A DNA stretch of 64,000 nt from Candidatus Latescibacterota bacterium. Lineage in GTDB: Bacteria > Krumholzibacteriota > Krumholzibacteriia > WVZY01 > JAKEHA01. Where the stretch lies: NCBI GenBank assembly GCA_963707635.1, contig OY970173.1, positions 832,001 to 896,000 of the forward strand. The letters are read 5' to 3'. Every line of letters begins with the position of its first letter. Position 1 is the first letter of the stretch. The position numbers were made by a program, and so were the translations under genes. Shown here piece by piece: positions 25,070 to 34,500 of the stretch. The notes beneath the pieces were generated by a model that did not search any database, was not told the origin of the DNA, and saw nothing but the letters and a program-made list of their open reading frames with translations.

Positions 25070-25972
25070 TCATGCCCGCATGTAGCCCTCGAGGTACTGG
25101 GCGCGGGTCGAATGGCGCAGGCGCTGGATCGCCCGCTCCTTGATCTGACGGACGCGCTCGCGCGTGAGCTTCAGGCGCTTGCCGATCTCCTCGAGCGTCA
25201 TGGGGGCGTCGCCGCTCAAGCCGAAGTAGAGCGACAGGATGTGGCGCTGTCGTTCGGTCAGCGTGCACAACACCCGCGCGAGGTCGTCGCTCAACGCGGC
25301 GGCGTAGGCGCCGGCATCCGGCGATGCTTGGGTTTCGTCGGTGAGATAGTCGACCAGCGCGGTGTCGTCCCTCTCGTCCGAGCGCGGGTCGTCCAGCGAG
25401 ACATGCGTGTTCGCGATGGCCATCGTGTCGGCGACTTCCTTCGCCGGGAGGTCGAGCCGCGCCGCGATCTCGTCGGCGCTCGGCGCCCGGCCGAGTTCCT
25501 GGTCGAGCTGGCGCGACACCTTGCCGATCCGGTACAGCGTGCCCGCCCGGTTCAGGGGCAGGCGCACGATCCGCGAGTGCTCGGCCAGCGCCTGCAGCAT
25601 CGCCTGGCGGATCCACCACACGGCGTAGGAAACGAACTTGAACCCTTTTTCGCCGTCGAAGCGATGCGCCGCCTTGATCAGGCCCAGGTTCCCCTCGTTG
25701 ATGAGGTCCTCCAGCGACAGGCCCTGATTCGCGTACTGCTTCGCGATCGAGACCACGAAGCGGAGGTTGGCGCGAACGAGCCAATCTAGCGCGTCCTTGT
25801 CACCGCTGCGAATCCGGATCGACAGGTCCCGCTCCTGCTCGCGCGTCAACAGCGGCGTGCGATTGATTTCGTGGAGATAGAGCACCAGGCTCCGACTGCC
25901 GGCCCCGGTTGTCGGCCTCCTCGCGACACTGGCTCGCGACGTCCAACGTTCGCTCAATTCGTGTGCTCGCAT
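25070..25972 (-). CDS. RNA polymerase sigma factor, RpoD/SigA-like family lacking region 1.1
   Basis: 'YLHEI..TPLLT', 'ANLRFVVSIAK', 'DLINEGN', 'YAVWWIRQ', 'TLEEIG..LTRERVRQI'. Confidence 0.93.
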   Translation of the reverse strand: MRAHELSERWTSRASVARRPTTGAGSRSLVLYLHEINRTPLLTREQERDLSIRIRSGDKDALDWLVRANLRFVVSIAKQYANQGLSLEDLINEGNLGLIKAAHRFDGEKGFKFVSYAVWWIRQAMLQALAEHSRIVRLPLNRAGTLYRIGKVSRQLDQELGRAPSADEIAARLDLPAKEVADTMAIANTHVSLDDPRSDERDDTALVDYLTDETQASPDAGAYAAALSDDLARVLCTLTERQRHILSLYFGLSGDAPMTLEEIGKRLKLTRERVRQIKERAIQRLRHSTRAQYLEGYMRA

Positions 25973-26107
25973 GTTGTCATCCTCCTTAGCGGTTTGTTTT
26001 GGCGGGCGGCCAGCCGTACCAGCGCCCCCTTATACCGGTGAAGACCGCTGTACGCCGGTAACGGCTGCCCCGCCCGCCTCCCGACCGGAGAACCCGGATG
26101 TCGCTGG

Positions 26108-26515
26108 CTATCGCCCCTCCATGCCCAGCGAATCCGGGCTGACACGGACGCTTTGCTGCCGAACGGTGTCCGTCAGATCCACGTACCGTTTCTCCAAATC
26201 GAGATACTCGGACTCCAGGCTGGTCTTGGCCTCGCTCCACTGCGGCTCCGAAGCGTCTGACAGCGAAGCCACCCTCGCCCGGAACTCGCGCTGACTACGC
26301 TGCAGATTCGAGATCTCCCCGGCGCGCGCAACCGCGACCGTATCCGCGGCTTCGCGCGCAAGCGCATCGGTTCTCCGTTCGAGCTGGGCCAGCTTGGTTT
26401 CCATCACGATCTGGAATTGCCTCTTCTGTTGTCGGGCCTGCGTCTGCTCCCGTCCGCCGCATCCACCCGCGAGAGTGGCCACGAGCAGCAACGACAGCCC
26501 GTAGCGCGGCGTCAT
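26108..26515 (-). CDS. Hypothetical coiled-coil lipoprotein
   Basis: Lipobox 'LAGGC'; GGAG RBS; helical composition. Confidence 0.65.
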   Translation of the reverse strand: MTPRYGLSLLLVATLAGGCGGREQTQARQQKRQFQIVMETKLAQLERRTDALAREAADTVAVARAGEISNLQRSQREFRARVASLSDASEPQWSEAKTSLESEYLDLEKRYVDLTDTVRQQSVRVSPDSLGMEGR

Positions 26516-26552
26516 CGTCTCGACTCCTTCTTGTTCATTCCGCTCCTGCCGA

Positions 26553-27293
26553 CTACGCGCCGGTCGCGCAGATCGACGTTCGGTACAACCCCTCGGGATC
26601 GTGCACGCACAAATGGCGGTCGTGAACGCCGAGCCACCCTCGCCGCCGGAACTGATTCAGCGTGCTGCTGGTAACCTCGCGCGTCGCGCCGGTCATGTTC
26701 GCGATGTCCTGTTGCGTAAACAGCACGCTGATCGTCGTCCCGCAGGCGAGCGCGCTTGGAAACTCCTTGCACAGCCGCAGCAAAATGCGGGCGGTTCGCG
26801 CCGGGACCGTGCCGACGCTCAACTCGTCCAACCGGTCTTCCATCTGTAGAAGCCGAAGTTTTCGGATCTGGGAGATGTCGGACATTAGCTTCGTCGGACC
26901 GACGATCTGCTCGAGGTCACAAGACCGCATGCACGCGGTGACGCACGGCTGGAGCGCCACGGTGTTGACGTCGACCCGGGTGCCCGACACGGCGGCGCCG
27001 AAGTACTCTCCGGGCTTGATGAGATAGAGAAGGGTTTCCGTCCCGTTGCTGTCGAGCCGGGACGCCTTGGCGAGTCCGTGGGTCAGGAAGCACAGGCAGC
27101 CGCTGGTGTCCCTCGGCAGGGGAATTCGCTGCCGCCTCTCGACGACCTGGAATCGCGCGACCCCGGCCACCCGCAAGAGATCCGCGGGGGACAGATTCTG
27201 GAATGGCTCGAGTCTTCGCAGCGAGGCGAACTCGAGAGTGCGTCGCGCATCGTCGCGCGTCGTGTTCCGGGTCTGAAGCGATAGGCTTGACAT
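26553..27293 (-). CDS. Crp/Fnr family transcriptional regulator
   Basis: cNMP-like 'PGEYFG' and HTH 'TQQDIANMTGATREVTS'. Confidence 0.9.
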   Translation of the reverse strand: MSSLSLQTRNTTRDDARRTLEFASLRRLEPFQNLSPADLLRVAGVARFQVVERRQRIPLPRDTSGCLCFLTHGLAKASRLDSNGTETLLYLIKPGEYFGAAVSGTRVDVNTVALQPCVTACMRSCDLEQIVGPTKLMSDISQIRKLRLLQMEDRLDELSVGTVPARTARILLRLCKEFPSALACGTTISVLFTQQDIANMTGATREVTSSTLNQFRRRGWLGVHDRHLCVHDPEGLYRTSICATGA

Positions 27294-27370
27294 GAGTCGC
27301 CGCCTTTCTGTTCTCCGGCCGATTCCGCGGCTGCCTTCGAGAACGATAGCGCAAAGCTGTTGAACCGGTA

Positions 27371-27397
27371 CTTAATTCGAGGTTAAGATACGTTCAT
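27371..27397. promoter_or_regulatory. Putative OmpR-family (PmrA/QseB-like) direct-repeat box
   Basis: CTTAAT-N5-GTTAAG-N4-GTTCAT in the AT-rich divergent Crp/response-regulator intergenic region. Confidence 0.4.
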
Positions 27398-27449
27398 CTC
27401 CGTCTAATCCGCTCGCCCAGTTGCCACCCAGCAGGAAGAGGTCCGGCCC

Positions 27450-28139
27450 GTGCGCGTACTCGTCCTCGAAGACAATCCCAAGATGGCGGAAGCGATCCGC
27501 AAGGGGCTGACGCAGCACAATCACACCGTGGACGTGCACAACAGCGGGTTCGAAGGCGAGGAAGCTGCTGCAGGAAGTGCCTACGACGTCATCCTCCTCG
27601 ACCTGATGCTGCCCGACCGCGACGGTATCGACGTCTGCCGGAACCTGCGCCGGCGAGGCGTGGCGACGCCCATCCTCATGCTGACCGCGTTGTCCGACAC
27701 CGAGACCAAGATCGCCGGGCTGGACGCGGGAGCGGACGACTACCTGACCAAGCCGTTCGAGTTCGAGGAACTGGTGGCGCGGATTCGCACGCTCGCGCGA
27801 CGCGGACAACCATCCGAAGCCGCGCTGCTCAAGTACGAGGACCTGGAGTTCGATCTGAGCAAGCGGGCCATCACCCGGGCGGGGCGCCCCATCCGCCTGT
27901 CGGCGAAAGAGACAGCGCTGCTCGAGTACTTCATGCGCAACCCGGACCGCGTGCTGACGCGACAGACGATTGCGGAGAAGGTCTGGGCGCTGGACTACCA
28001 GCCGGGCAGCAACGTCATCGACGTCCACGTTTCGGCGCTGCGGAAGAAGGTCGATCGGGGTTTCGATGCGACCTTGATCCACACCGTGGTCGGAGCCGGC
28101 TACCGATTTGGAAAGACCGACGGTGATCCCACCGTCTGA
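27450..28139 (+). CDS. OmpR-family response regulator
   Basis: REC (DLMLP, GADDYLTKPF) plus wHTH 'SNVIDVHV..LRKK', 'HTVVGAGY'. Confidence 0.95.
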   Translation: MRVLVLEDNPKMAEAIRKGLTQHNHTVDVHNSGFEGEEAAAGSAYDVILLDLMLPDRDGIDVCRNLRRRGVATPILMLTALSDTETKIAGLDAGADDYLTKPFEFEELVARIRTLARRGQPSEAALLKYEDLEFDLSKRAITRAGRPIRLSAKETALLEYFMRNPDRVLTRQTIAEKVWALDYQPGSNVIDVHVSALRKKVDRGFDATLIHTVVGAGYRFGKTDGDPTV

Positions 28140-28146
28140 TGCGGAA

Positions 28147-29562
28147 ATGGCGAAACTCCCGATTCGTTTCAAGCTGACCCTGTGGTTTCTGGCCATATTC
28201 GCCTCGATCTTTCTCGGGGTGAGCGCCACCATGTGGTTCCTCGGGCGCAACGCCCAGCGGCGCCTGCTCGACGACGGATTGCTCAGCCTGGCCAAGGGAG
28301 TCGGCACGTTGCTCGTGAAATTCGAAGGCGATTTCTCGGACCTCGACCTTCGCCCGTACCAGCCCGTGGACCGGGAATTCAGCCTGCTCGCCGTTCGCGA
28401 CAGCGTCGGCACGGTGCTGACGTCGGATATCCGGGTGGACACGGCGGCGCTTCCACCCATTCCGGAGTCCCCCTCGGAAAGCGTCATCAACAAGATCGAC
28501 GGCGACGTGGCGCGGCGGCTGGTCGGGCGCGCGATCGAAACCCGCATGGTCACGCACCGTCTGGTGTCGGCGGACGGCGGCGTGTTCTATCTCGACTTGG
28601 CGAGAACCACCGACGTCGGCCGCCGGCAGCGCCTGTTCTTCTCCGACGTTCTGTTCATGGCCGGGCTGGGCGGCCTGCTCTCGTCGACCATCGCCGCATG
28701 GATCCTGCTCGGGCGCGCCACGAGTCCGATCCTGCGGCTCGCCGAAGCGGCGAGGCGCGTGGGTCCCGAGGGGGAGCTGCGCCTGCCCGTCGATTCCAGA
28801 AGCAGCTACAGCGGCAGCGAAATCGAGCGCCTCCAAACCGCGCTCAACGAGGCGCTCGGACGGCTGGAGGAGGGTTATCGGGTGCGACAACAATTCCTGG
28901 CCAACGTGGCGCACGACTTGAAAACGCCCGTCAGCGTCATGCTCACACAATCGCAGGTTCTCCAGCCGGATGGGGCCAACCTGCAGGAGTTTCAGGCCTA
29001 CCGGCAGAGCATGGTCGACGAGTTGCGCCGGCTGCGCGGCATCATCGAAGGCATTCTCACGCTCTCCCGCGCGGATCAGGGCGAGGGCCTGCTGCGCCGC
29101 ACCGCCCTCTCCGTCAACACCATCGTGTCGCAGTGTGCCACCCGCGCTCGGCCGCAGGCGGAAGCTGCCAACGTCCGCGTCAAGACGACCCTGCTGGAAC
29201 GGTCGGAGCAGGGCGAGCTGAACGGCGACCTCGACTTGCTCTCGACGATGCTGGACAACCTCGTCCGCAACGCCATCCGTTTCTCGCCGCACCACGAGAC
29301 GGTCGACATTCGTGCCGAGCGTTCCGGCCACCACGTGCGTATCACGGTGCGGGATCGCGGGCCCGGCATCCCCCAGGCCTACGTCGACAAGATCTTCGAT
29401 CGTTTCGTCCAGGTCCCGACCACGGACGGCCGTCCTCGGGGAACCGGGCTCGGCCTGGCAATCGCCAAGGCGGTGTCGCTGGCGCACGGCGGCTCGATCG
29501 AGGTGCGCAACTGCGACGACGGGGGATGCGAATTCGCGCTGACGCTGCCGCTGCGTGATTGA
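28147..29562 (+). CDS. HAMP-domain sensor histidine kinase
   Basis: Two TMs, HAMP, 'AHDLKTP', 'NLVRNA', 'DRGPG', 'GTGLGL'; start could be as early as 28108. Confidence 0.93.
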   Translation: MAKLPIRFKLTLWFLAIFASIFLGVSATMWFLGRNAQRRLLDDGLLSLAKGVGTLLVKFEGDFSDLDLRPYQPVDREFSLLAVRDSVGTVLTSDIRVDTAALPPIPESPSESVINKIDGDVARRLVGRAIETRMVTHRLVSADGGVFYLDLARTTDVGRRQRLFFSDVLFMAGLGGLLSSTIAAWILLGRATSPILRLAEAARRVGPEGELRLPVDSRSSYSGSEIERLQTALNEALGRLEEGYRVRQQFLANVAHDLKTPVSVMLTQSQVLQPDGANLQEFQAYRQSMVDELRRLRGIIEGILTLSRADQGEGLLRRTALSVNTIVSQCATRARPQAEAANVRVKTTLLERSEQGELNGDLDLLSTMLDNLVRNAIRFSPHHETVDIRAERSGHHVRITVRDRGPGIPQAYVDKIFDRFVQVPTTDGRPRGTGLGLAIAKAVSLAHGGSIEVRNCDDGGCEFALTLPLRD

Positions 29563-29695
29563 CCGGTTTTTCCCCCGCCTCGGTCCCCTCGTGTAAGCGA
29601 GCGTACAGACTCCCGCCCGCCTGGACGCATTCTTACCTGTGCGAATCCTCGAACACTACACCTGCCCTCAAGGACCCAACCGCGGGAGGAACCAC

Positions 29696-30370
29696 ATGAA
29701 ACCCATAGGAATCGTGCTCGTGGCCGTGACGATGGTGATGGCAACGGGTTGCTCGAAGAAGGAGCTCATCGCCCAGAAGGACGCCGAAATTGCAGGACTG
29801 CGCGCGGATGTATCGCGCCTCGAGAGCGAAGCCGCCGAGCAGAAACGGGTGACGGACGACCTCAATACCCAGCTGGCGGACCTGCAGGAACAGAAGCGCG
29901 TGTGGGTGGAAGAAAAGGACGGCTTGACGTTCATCACCCTGGACGGATCGGCGACCTTCGCCACGGCCCAGGCCGACCTGACCACCGAAGGAACGGAGGT
30001 CCTCGACCGCGTCTGGAGCGTGCTCCAGAACTACCCCGACCGCCGCGTGCTGGTCGAGGGCCACACGGACAGCCGGCCCATCGCGCCGAGCTTTCGCTGG
30101 AAGTATGCGTCGAACTGGGAGCTATCGTCGGCGCGGGCCCACGCCGTGCTCCACTATCTGGAAGGCAAGTACGCCATCGAACCCACTCGTCTCGCAGCCG
30201 TCGGGTACGGCGAGAACGATCCCGTCGCCGACAACGAGAGCCCGGAGGGGCGCGCGCAGAACCGTCGCGTCGTCATCACCGTGGGGAGCAAGGCGTCGGT
30301 CGAGCAGCGCAAGTCGGAGGCACAGGTCAGCGCCGTCGGGGCGCCGGACCTCGAGCGGAGAAGCGACTAG
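29696..30370 (+). CDS. OmpA/MotB-type peptidoglycan-binding lipoprotein (copy 2)
   Basis: Lipobox 'ATGC'; clearly paralogous to 24283..24930; GGAGG RBS. Confidence 0.9.
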   Translation: MKPIGIVLVAVTMVMATGCSKKELIAQKDAEIAGLRADVSRLESEAAEQKRVTDDLNTQLADLQEQKRVWVEEKDGLTFITLDGSATFATAQADLTTEGTEVLDRVWSVLQNYPDRRVLVEGHTDSRPIAPSFRWKYASNWELSSARAHAVLHYLEGKYAIEPTRLAAVGYGENDPVADNESPEGRAQNRRVVITVGSKASVEQRKSEAQVSAVGAPDLERRSD

Positions 30371-30397
30371 GAGCAGGTGTGGTCAGAAGCAACTCAG

Positions 30398-30489
30398 TGG
30401 ACGATATATCGGGCGGAGCGCAATTTCACGAGGCGCGCTGTAGACAGTTGCGCGCGAGTGCATGAGCGCGGAGTCCGATATATCGTCCA
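30398..30489. repeat. 92-bp element with perfect 15-bp terminal inverted repeats (copy B, inverted relative to A)
   Basis: TGGACGATATATCGG (30398-30412) and CCGATATATCGTCCA (30475-30489); the 62-bp core matches copy A at 56/62 in reverse complement. Confidence 0.9.
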
Positions 30490-30500
30490 TCGAGCGGTCG

Positions 30501-32534
30501 CTAACGAACCACGACGAACTTCCGCGTCGCCTGCTCCTGGCCGGCGCGCACACGGATGAAGTAGACGCCCGCCGCCAGCGACGACGCGTCGATCGTCTCG
30601 GCCCCGGAGCCCGCGACGACGCTCTTCGCGGGGCGTGATAGCACACGGCGACCGGCGATGTCGAAGACGTCCACGTCGAGGGCGCCGTCCCGGTCGACGA
30701 CGTACTGGAACGTGAACGAATGCCGCGCCGGGTTCGGGAGCAGCGAGGTGACGGTCAGGAACGTCGGCGCGCGGTCGGCCACCGCCGTGGCGATGCTACC
30801 GCGCAGGATCTTGTTGTCGGGGTCGATCGCCACCGAAGTCGGCTGGGCTGCGACCGTCAGCTCGAATGTCTGTCTGCGCTGGTCGTTCTGGACCGTGAAT
30901 CGCTGTTCGCCTCCCGTCGTCTGCACCGCGATCACAACCGGCATCACGAACACGCTGATGTTCGATTGCCCCGGATTCGAGCCCGGTTGCTGGTATTGTT
31001 CGAGCGTGACCCACACCTTGTAGACCCCCAGATAGGGCTGCGAGAAGTTGTACGCGCGATACCGAGGGTAGCCGTTGCCGGTGGTCACCCACTGGCTGAA
31101 GAACACGTCGAGGTCCATCCCAGATACGGTTTCCGCCACGCGCTGAAAGTCGCTGGTCGTCGCCACGCCGTAGTGCACCGCCGGGTCGGCGGCGTAGGTC
31201 TTCAGGATGTCCTTGAAGTCCGCGTCGCCCACCACGTAACGAAGCATGTGCAGGACCACGCCGCCCTTCGCGTAGACGCGGTTGCCGTTGAACATGTTGG
31301 ACACGCTGGTGGTGTCTTCCAGCACCAGCGTGCCGACCGCGTCCAACGCACTGGTGTAGCGCGAGGCGATGAGCGTGGCGGCCGTGCCCGGATACGTGGC
31401 GGCTCGTTCTTCGAAGTAGATGATCTCCGCGTAGGTGGCGAACCCCTCGTTGAGCCACAGGTGCGGCCAGGTCTTCGGCGAGATGTTGTCCCCGAACCAC
31501 TGGTGCGCGAGCTCGTGCGCCACCAGCCCCGGCGTTGACCCGCCCAGCGATCCCATGGTCTGGTGCTCCATGCCGCCGCCGAACGTGCACTCGCTGTGAC
31601 CGTATTTTTCGTCCGCGAACGGGTATGGCCCGAACCAGTTCTCGAACACGTCGAGGTCGTCGCCCACGTTCGCCCAATTGGCGAAGAGGGCCGATGAGCC
31701 GTCGTTGTAGACGAGGTTGTCGAGCGGCATCGAGAGGACGCCGTAGAGCGCGGTGAGACCCGGAGAGCGCGTGTAGACACTCTGGTAACGCACGTACTCG
31801 CCGACCGCGACCGACACGAGGTAGTTCGATATCGGGTAGCGGGAGACCCAGTCGTAGGTGGTCATGCCGCCCCCGGACGTCTCGCCTTCGAGCAGCCCCT
31901 GGGATCCCACGCGGTACTGGGATGGCACGGTGACGGTCACGCGGACCGAATCGGCCTTGTCGGACGGGTGGTCCTTGCACGGCCACCACTCGCGGGCACC
32001 GTACGGCTCCGACAGGCTCCACGCCAGGAGATCGTCATCGGGGCGAATGCCGAACACGAAGTTCCCGAATCCACCCTGGATCGGCGTTCCGGAATAGGTC
32101 ACGTCGACCGCGACGGCGCCGCCGATCCCGACCGGAGCCGGCAGCGTAATATTGAGCGCGGCGCCGGGGTGCGCGAACACCAGCGGCGTGGCGTTCGGGA
32201 GCTTGACGGCGCTCACGGCCATCCCGTTCGCGAGGTCCAGGGTCAGCACCGACATCGATGACCCGACGACGGTGCCTTCGATACGGACCGTGCCCGCGAC
32301 GATTCGATTGAGGAGATCGATCGAGAGCGCGAGGTGATAGTAGGAGATATCGATGTTGGTGCTGGCGATGGAGGTCGGTTCGTGGTGCGGAAGGTCCGCG
32401 AGCTCCATCTTGGCCTCGGCGCACTGCGCCGCGCCGTCGCCGATCGACGGGTCGATCTGGGTGCCCGAGGGCGGCGTTTGCGCCAGGGAAATGACCGGGA
32501 GCAGGAGCAGTACGGCCCACATCGTGCGTCGCAT
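30501..32534 (-). CDS. Secreted M1-family zinc aminopeptidase with T9SS/FlgD-like C-terminal domain
   Basis: Signal peptide; GGMEH, HELAH...NEGFA, YAKG; CTD 'PNP...VFDIAGRRV...LAAGVYFIRV'. Confidence 0.92.
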   Translation of the reverse strand: MRRTMWAVLLLLPVISLAQTPPSGTQIDPSIGDGAAQCAEAKMELADLPHHEPTSIASTNIDISYYHLALSIDLLNRIVAGTVRIEGTVVGSSMSVLTLDLANGMAVSAVKLPNATPLVFAHPGAALNITLPAPVGIGGAVAVDVTYSGTPIQGGFGNFVFGIRPDDDLLAWSLSEPYGAREWWPCKDHPSDKADSVRVTVTVPSQYRVGSQGLLEGETSGGGMTTYDWVSRYPISNYLVSVAVGEYVRYQSVYTRSPGLTALYGVLSMPLDNLVYNDGSSALFANWANVGDDLDVFENWFGPYPFADEKYGHSECTFGGGMEHQTMGSLGGSTPGLVAHELAHQWFGDNISPKTWPHLWLNEGFATYAEIIYFEERAATYPGTAATLIASRYTSALDAVGTLVLEDTTSVSNMFNGNRVYAKGGVVLHMLRYVVGDADFKDILKTYAADPAVHYGVATTSDFQRVAETVSGMDLDVFFSQWVTTGNGYPRYRAYNFSQPYLGVYKVWVTLEQYQQPGSNPGQSNISVFVMPVVIAVQTTGGEQRFTVQNDQRRQTFELTVAAQPTSVAIDPDNKILRGSIATAVADRAPTFLTVTSLLPNPARHSFTFQYVVDRDGALDVDVFDIAGRRVLSRPAKSVVAGSGAETIDASSLAAGVYFIRVRAGQEQATRKFVVVR

Positions 32535-32671
32535 GGCGTTCCTCGTATGGACAGGGTTCACGGGTTCAACGGCGCGGTGGGGAGCTCCGATCGACGTAAG
32601 TATACGACACCACCCGGGTTCGCGCAAACGCGACGCGGTCGGCGGTGCGCCGGCCGTGATACAATGTATGT

Positions 32672-34492
32672 ATGGAGTTCGAGGGATCATCGCGAGCGCC
32701 CGCGCTCCGCGGCCTCGTTTTTTTCGTTCTCGCCCTGTCGTGCCTGGTCGGATGTTCCGAGGATGGCGTCACGCCGCCCCCGGATGAAGCGTCGCGGTCC
32801 TGGCGGGTCGCCCTCGCGCACCACGATTACACGGACTTCTGGGGCACGCAGCCGAACGTTGTCCTCGCCACCGACGGGGCGGGTGGGCGCGTCCTGCGCT
32901 ATGTGAACGGCGCCTGGACCCCGTTCAAGGACGGCCTGGGAACGCTGACCGCCATCGACGGTATCGCGCCCAACGACCTGTACGTGGCGAGCGAATACGC
33001 CGCCTACCACTACGACGGCACGGCATGGACGCAGCTGCCCGGGGCGGTCCAGCGGCTCACCTCCGTGTACGCGCGCGCCCACGACGACGTCCTGTTCACG
33101 GGCTGGTCGTCGCTCGGCGGGTACATCTTTCACTACGACGGGGTTTCCATTTCGCCCGTCACGGTGCCGGGCGTGGACGGTCTGTTCGGCATGTGGGGGC
33201 GCGGCGACGAGGTCTTTGCGGTAGGTGAATCCGGCACCGTTCTCCGCTTCGACGGCGCCGACTGGAGCGTCTCCGCCGAGTCGCCGAACCACCTCTTCGA
33301 CGTGTGGGGCGCCGGCCTCGCCGACGTCTACGCGGTGGGGCTCGCCGGCACGGTGCTCCATTACGACGGTGCCGACTGGAGCCTGGCCGGTCCCGGAGGC
33401 GCGCACGACTTTCTCGACGTCTGGGGAACCTCGGGCAGCGACGTGTATGTGGTGGGAGCGCAGGCCGGCAACGAGGCGGAAGGCATCATCTATCATTTCG
33501 ACGGGGTCACGTGGAGCGAAGTCTACCGCGACAGCAACGACGTTCGCCTGTCGTCGGTCGGCGGGCTCCCGGGCATGCCCGTGTTCGCGGGCGGCGACGG
33601 CGTCCTGCTGCAATCCTCGGGCACGGGATGGAAGACGCTCGAGCGCTCGACCAACCAGGCCCTCGCGTCGGTGTGGGCCTCGACGTCGGATGATGTGTAC
33701 GTCGCCGGCGATCTCTCCGAGCTGCTTCACTACGATGGCAGTGTGTGGGCGCGTTTGCAGCCGGGCACGAAGCCGGAGAACTTGAACTGCATTCGGGGTA
33801 GCTCGAGCGGGAGCGTGTACGCGGTTGGAAGCAGCGGAACGCTGGTTCGCTACGACGGCAACGCGTGGCAGACGATGGCGGGTCCCACCAGCGATTCGTT
33901 CACCGACGTGTGGGAAGTGGCGCCGGGTAACCTGATCGTGACCGGCACCGGCGGGCTCATCGCCCGCCACGACGGCACCCAGTGGTCGATCGAGCGGCAG
34001 TCCGCCGGCGGTGTGACCGGGGAAACGGTGCTGGGTCTGTGGGCGTTCGCGCCGGACGACGTCTATGCGATCCGGAACACCCGCAACGCGACCGAAATCT
34101 CGACCAACCTGCTCCACCACGACGGCGCCGGCTGGAGCGACGTGCCCCTCGGCGTCAACCTGCCCGAGATCGATCAGTTGTACGGACTCTGGGGCAGTCC
34201 GACGGGCGATTTGTTCGCGACCTCCACGCGCTGGGTCGGGCGATTCGACGGCGCAGCGTGGCAGGAGATGGATCCCGGCGTCGCGGTGGATTTCACGGCG
34301 GTGTGGGGGACATCCAGCAGCGACGTCTACGTGGGGGGCGGCTTCGGCGTGATCGAGCACTACGACGGCCTCGCGCTCACCCGGATGACCACCGGCATCG
34401 AGGACGAGGTCCTGTCGATCTGGGGATCGACCGACGGAGACGTCTTCGCGGCGACGAGCGCGGGGTCGGTGCTCCGATTCGGCCATCGGTAG
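32672..34492 (+). CDS. Beta-propeller repeat lipoprotein (WD40/YVTN/BNR-like)
   Basis: Lipobox 'LVGC'; many ~40-aa repeats 'VWG...DVYAVG..G..LHYDG..W'. Confidence 0.8.
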   Translation: MEFEGSSRAPALRGLVFFVLALSCLVGCSEDGVTPPPDEASRSWRVALAHHDYTDFWGTQPNVVLATDGAGGRVLRYVNGAWTPFKDGLGTLTAIDGIAPNDLYVASEYAAYHYDGTAWTQLPGAVQRLTSVYARAHDDVLFTGWSSLGGYIFHYDGVSISPVTVPGVDGLFGMWGRGDEVFAVGESGTVLRFDGADWSVSAESPNHLFDVWGAGLADVYAVGLAGTVLHYDGADWSLAGPGGAHDFLDVWGTSGSDVYVVGAQAGNEAEGIIYHFDGVTWSEVYRDSNDVRLSSVGGLPGMPVFAGGDGVLLQSSGTGWKTLERSTNQALASVWASTSDDVYVAGDLSELLHYDGSVWARLQPGTKPENLNCIRGSSSGSVYAVGSSGTLVRYDGNAWQTMAGPTSDSFTDVWEVAPGNLIVTGTGGLIARHDGTQWSIERQSAGGVTGETVLGLWAFAPDDVYAIRNTRNATEISTNLLHHDGAGWSDVPLGVNLPEIDQLYGLWGSPTGDLFATSTRWVGRFDGAAWQEMDPGVAVDFTAVWGTSSSDVYVGGGFGVIEHYDGLALTRMTTGIEDEVLSIWGSTDGDVFAATSAGSVLRFGHR

Positions 34493-34500
34493 CACGCACC

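Noticed and set aside
25070..25972. Primary sigma factor rpoD
   Set aside because: Only 300 aa, lacks region 1.1, and not in a dnaG context; gene symbol withheld
24283..30370. Flagellar stator motB genes
   Set aside because: Lipoprotein signal instead of the Asp-containing TM; no motA or flagellar genes nearby
32900..34490. Periodic DNA similarity suggestive of a CRISPR or tandem array
   Set aside because: The repeats are degenerate protein-level propeller blades within one CDS, not identical repeats with spacers
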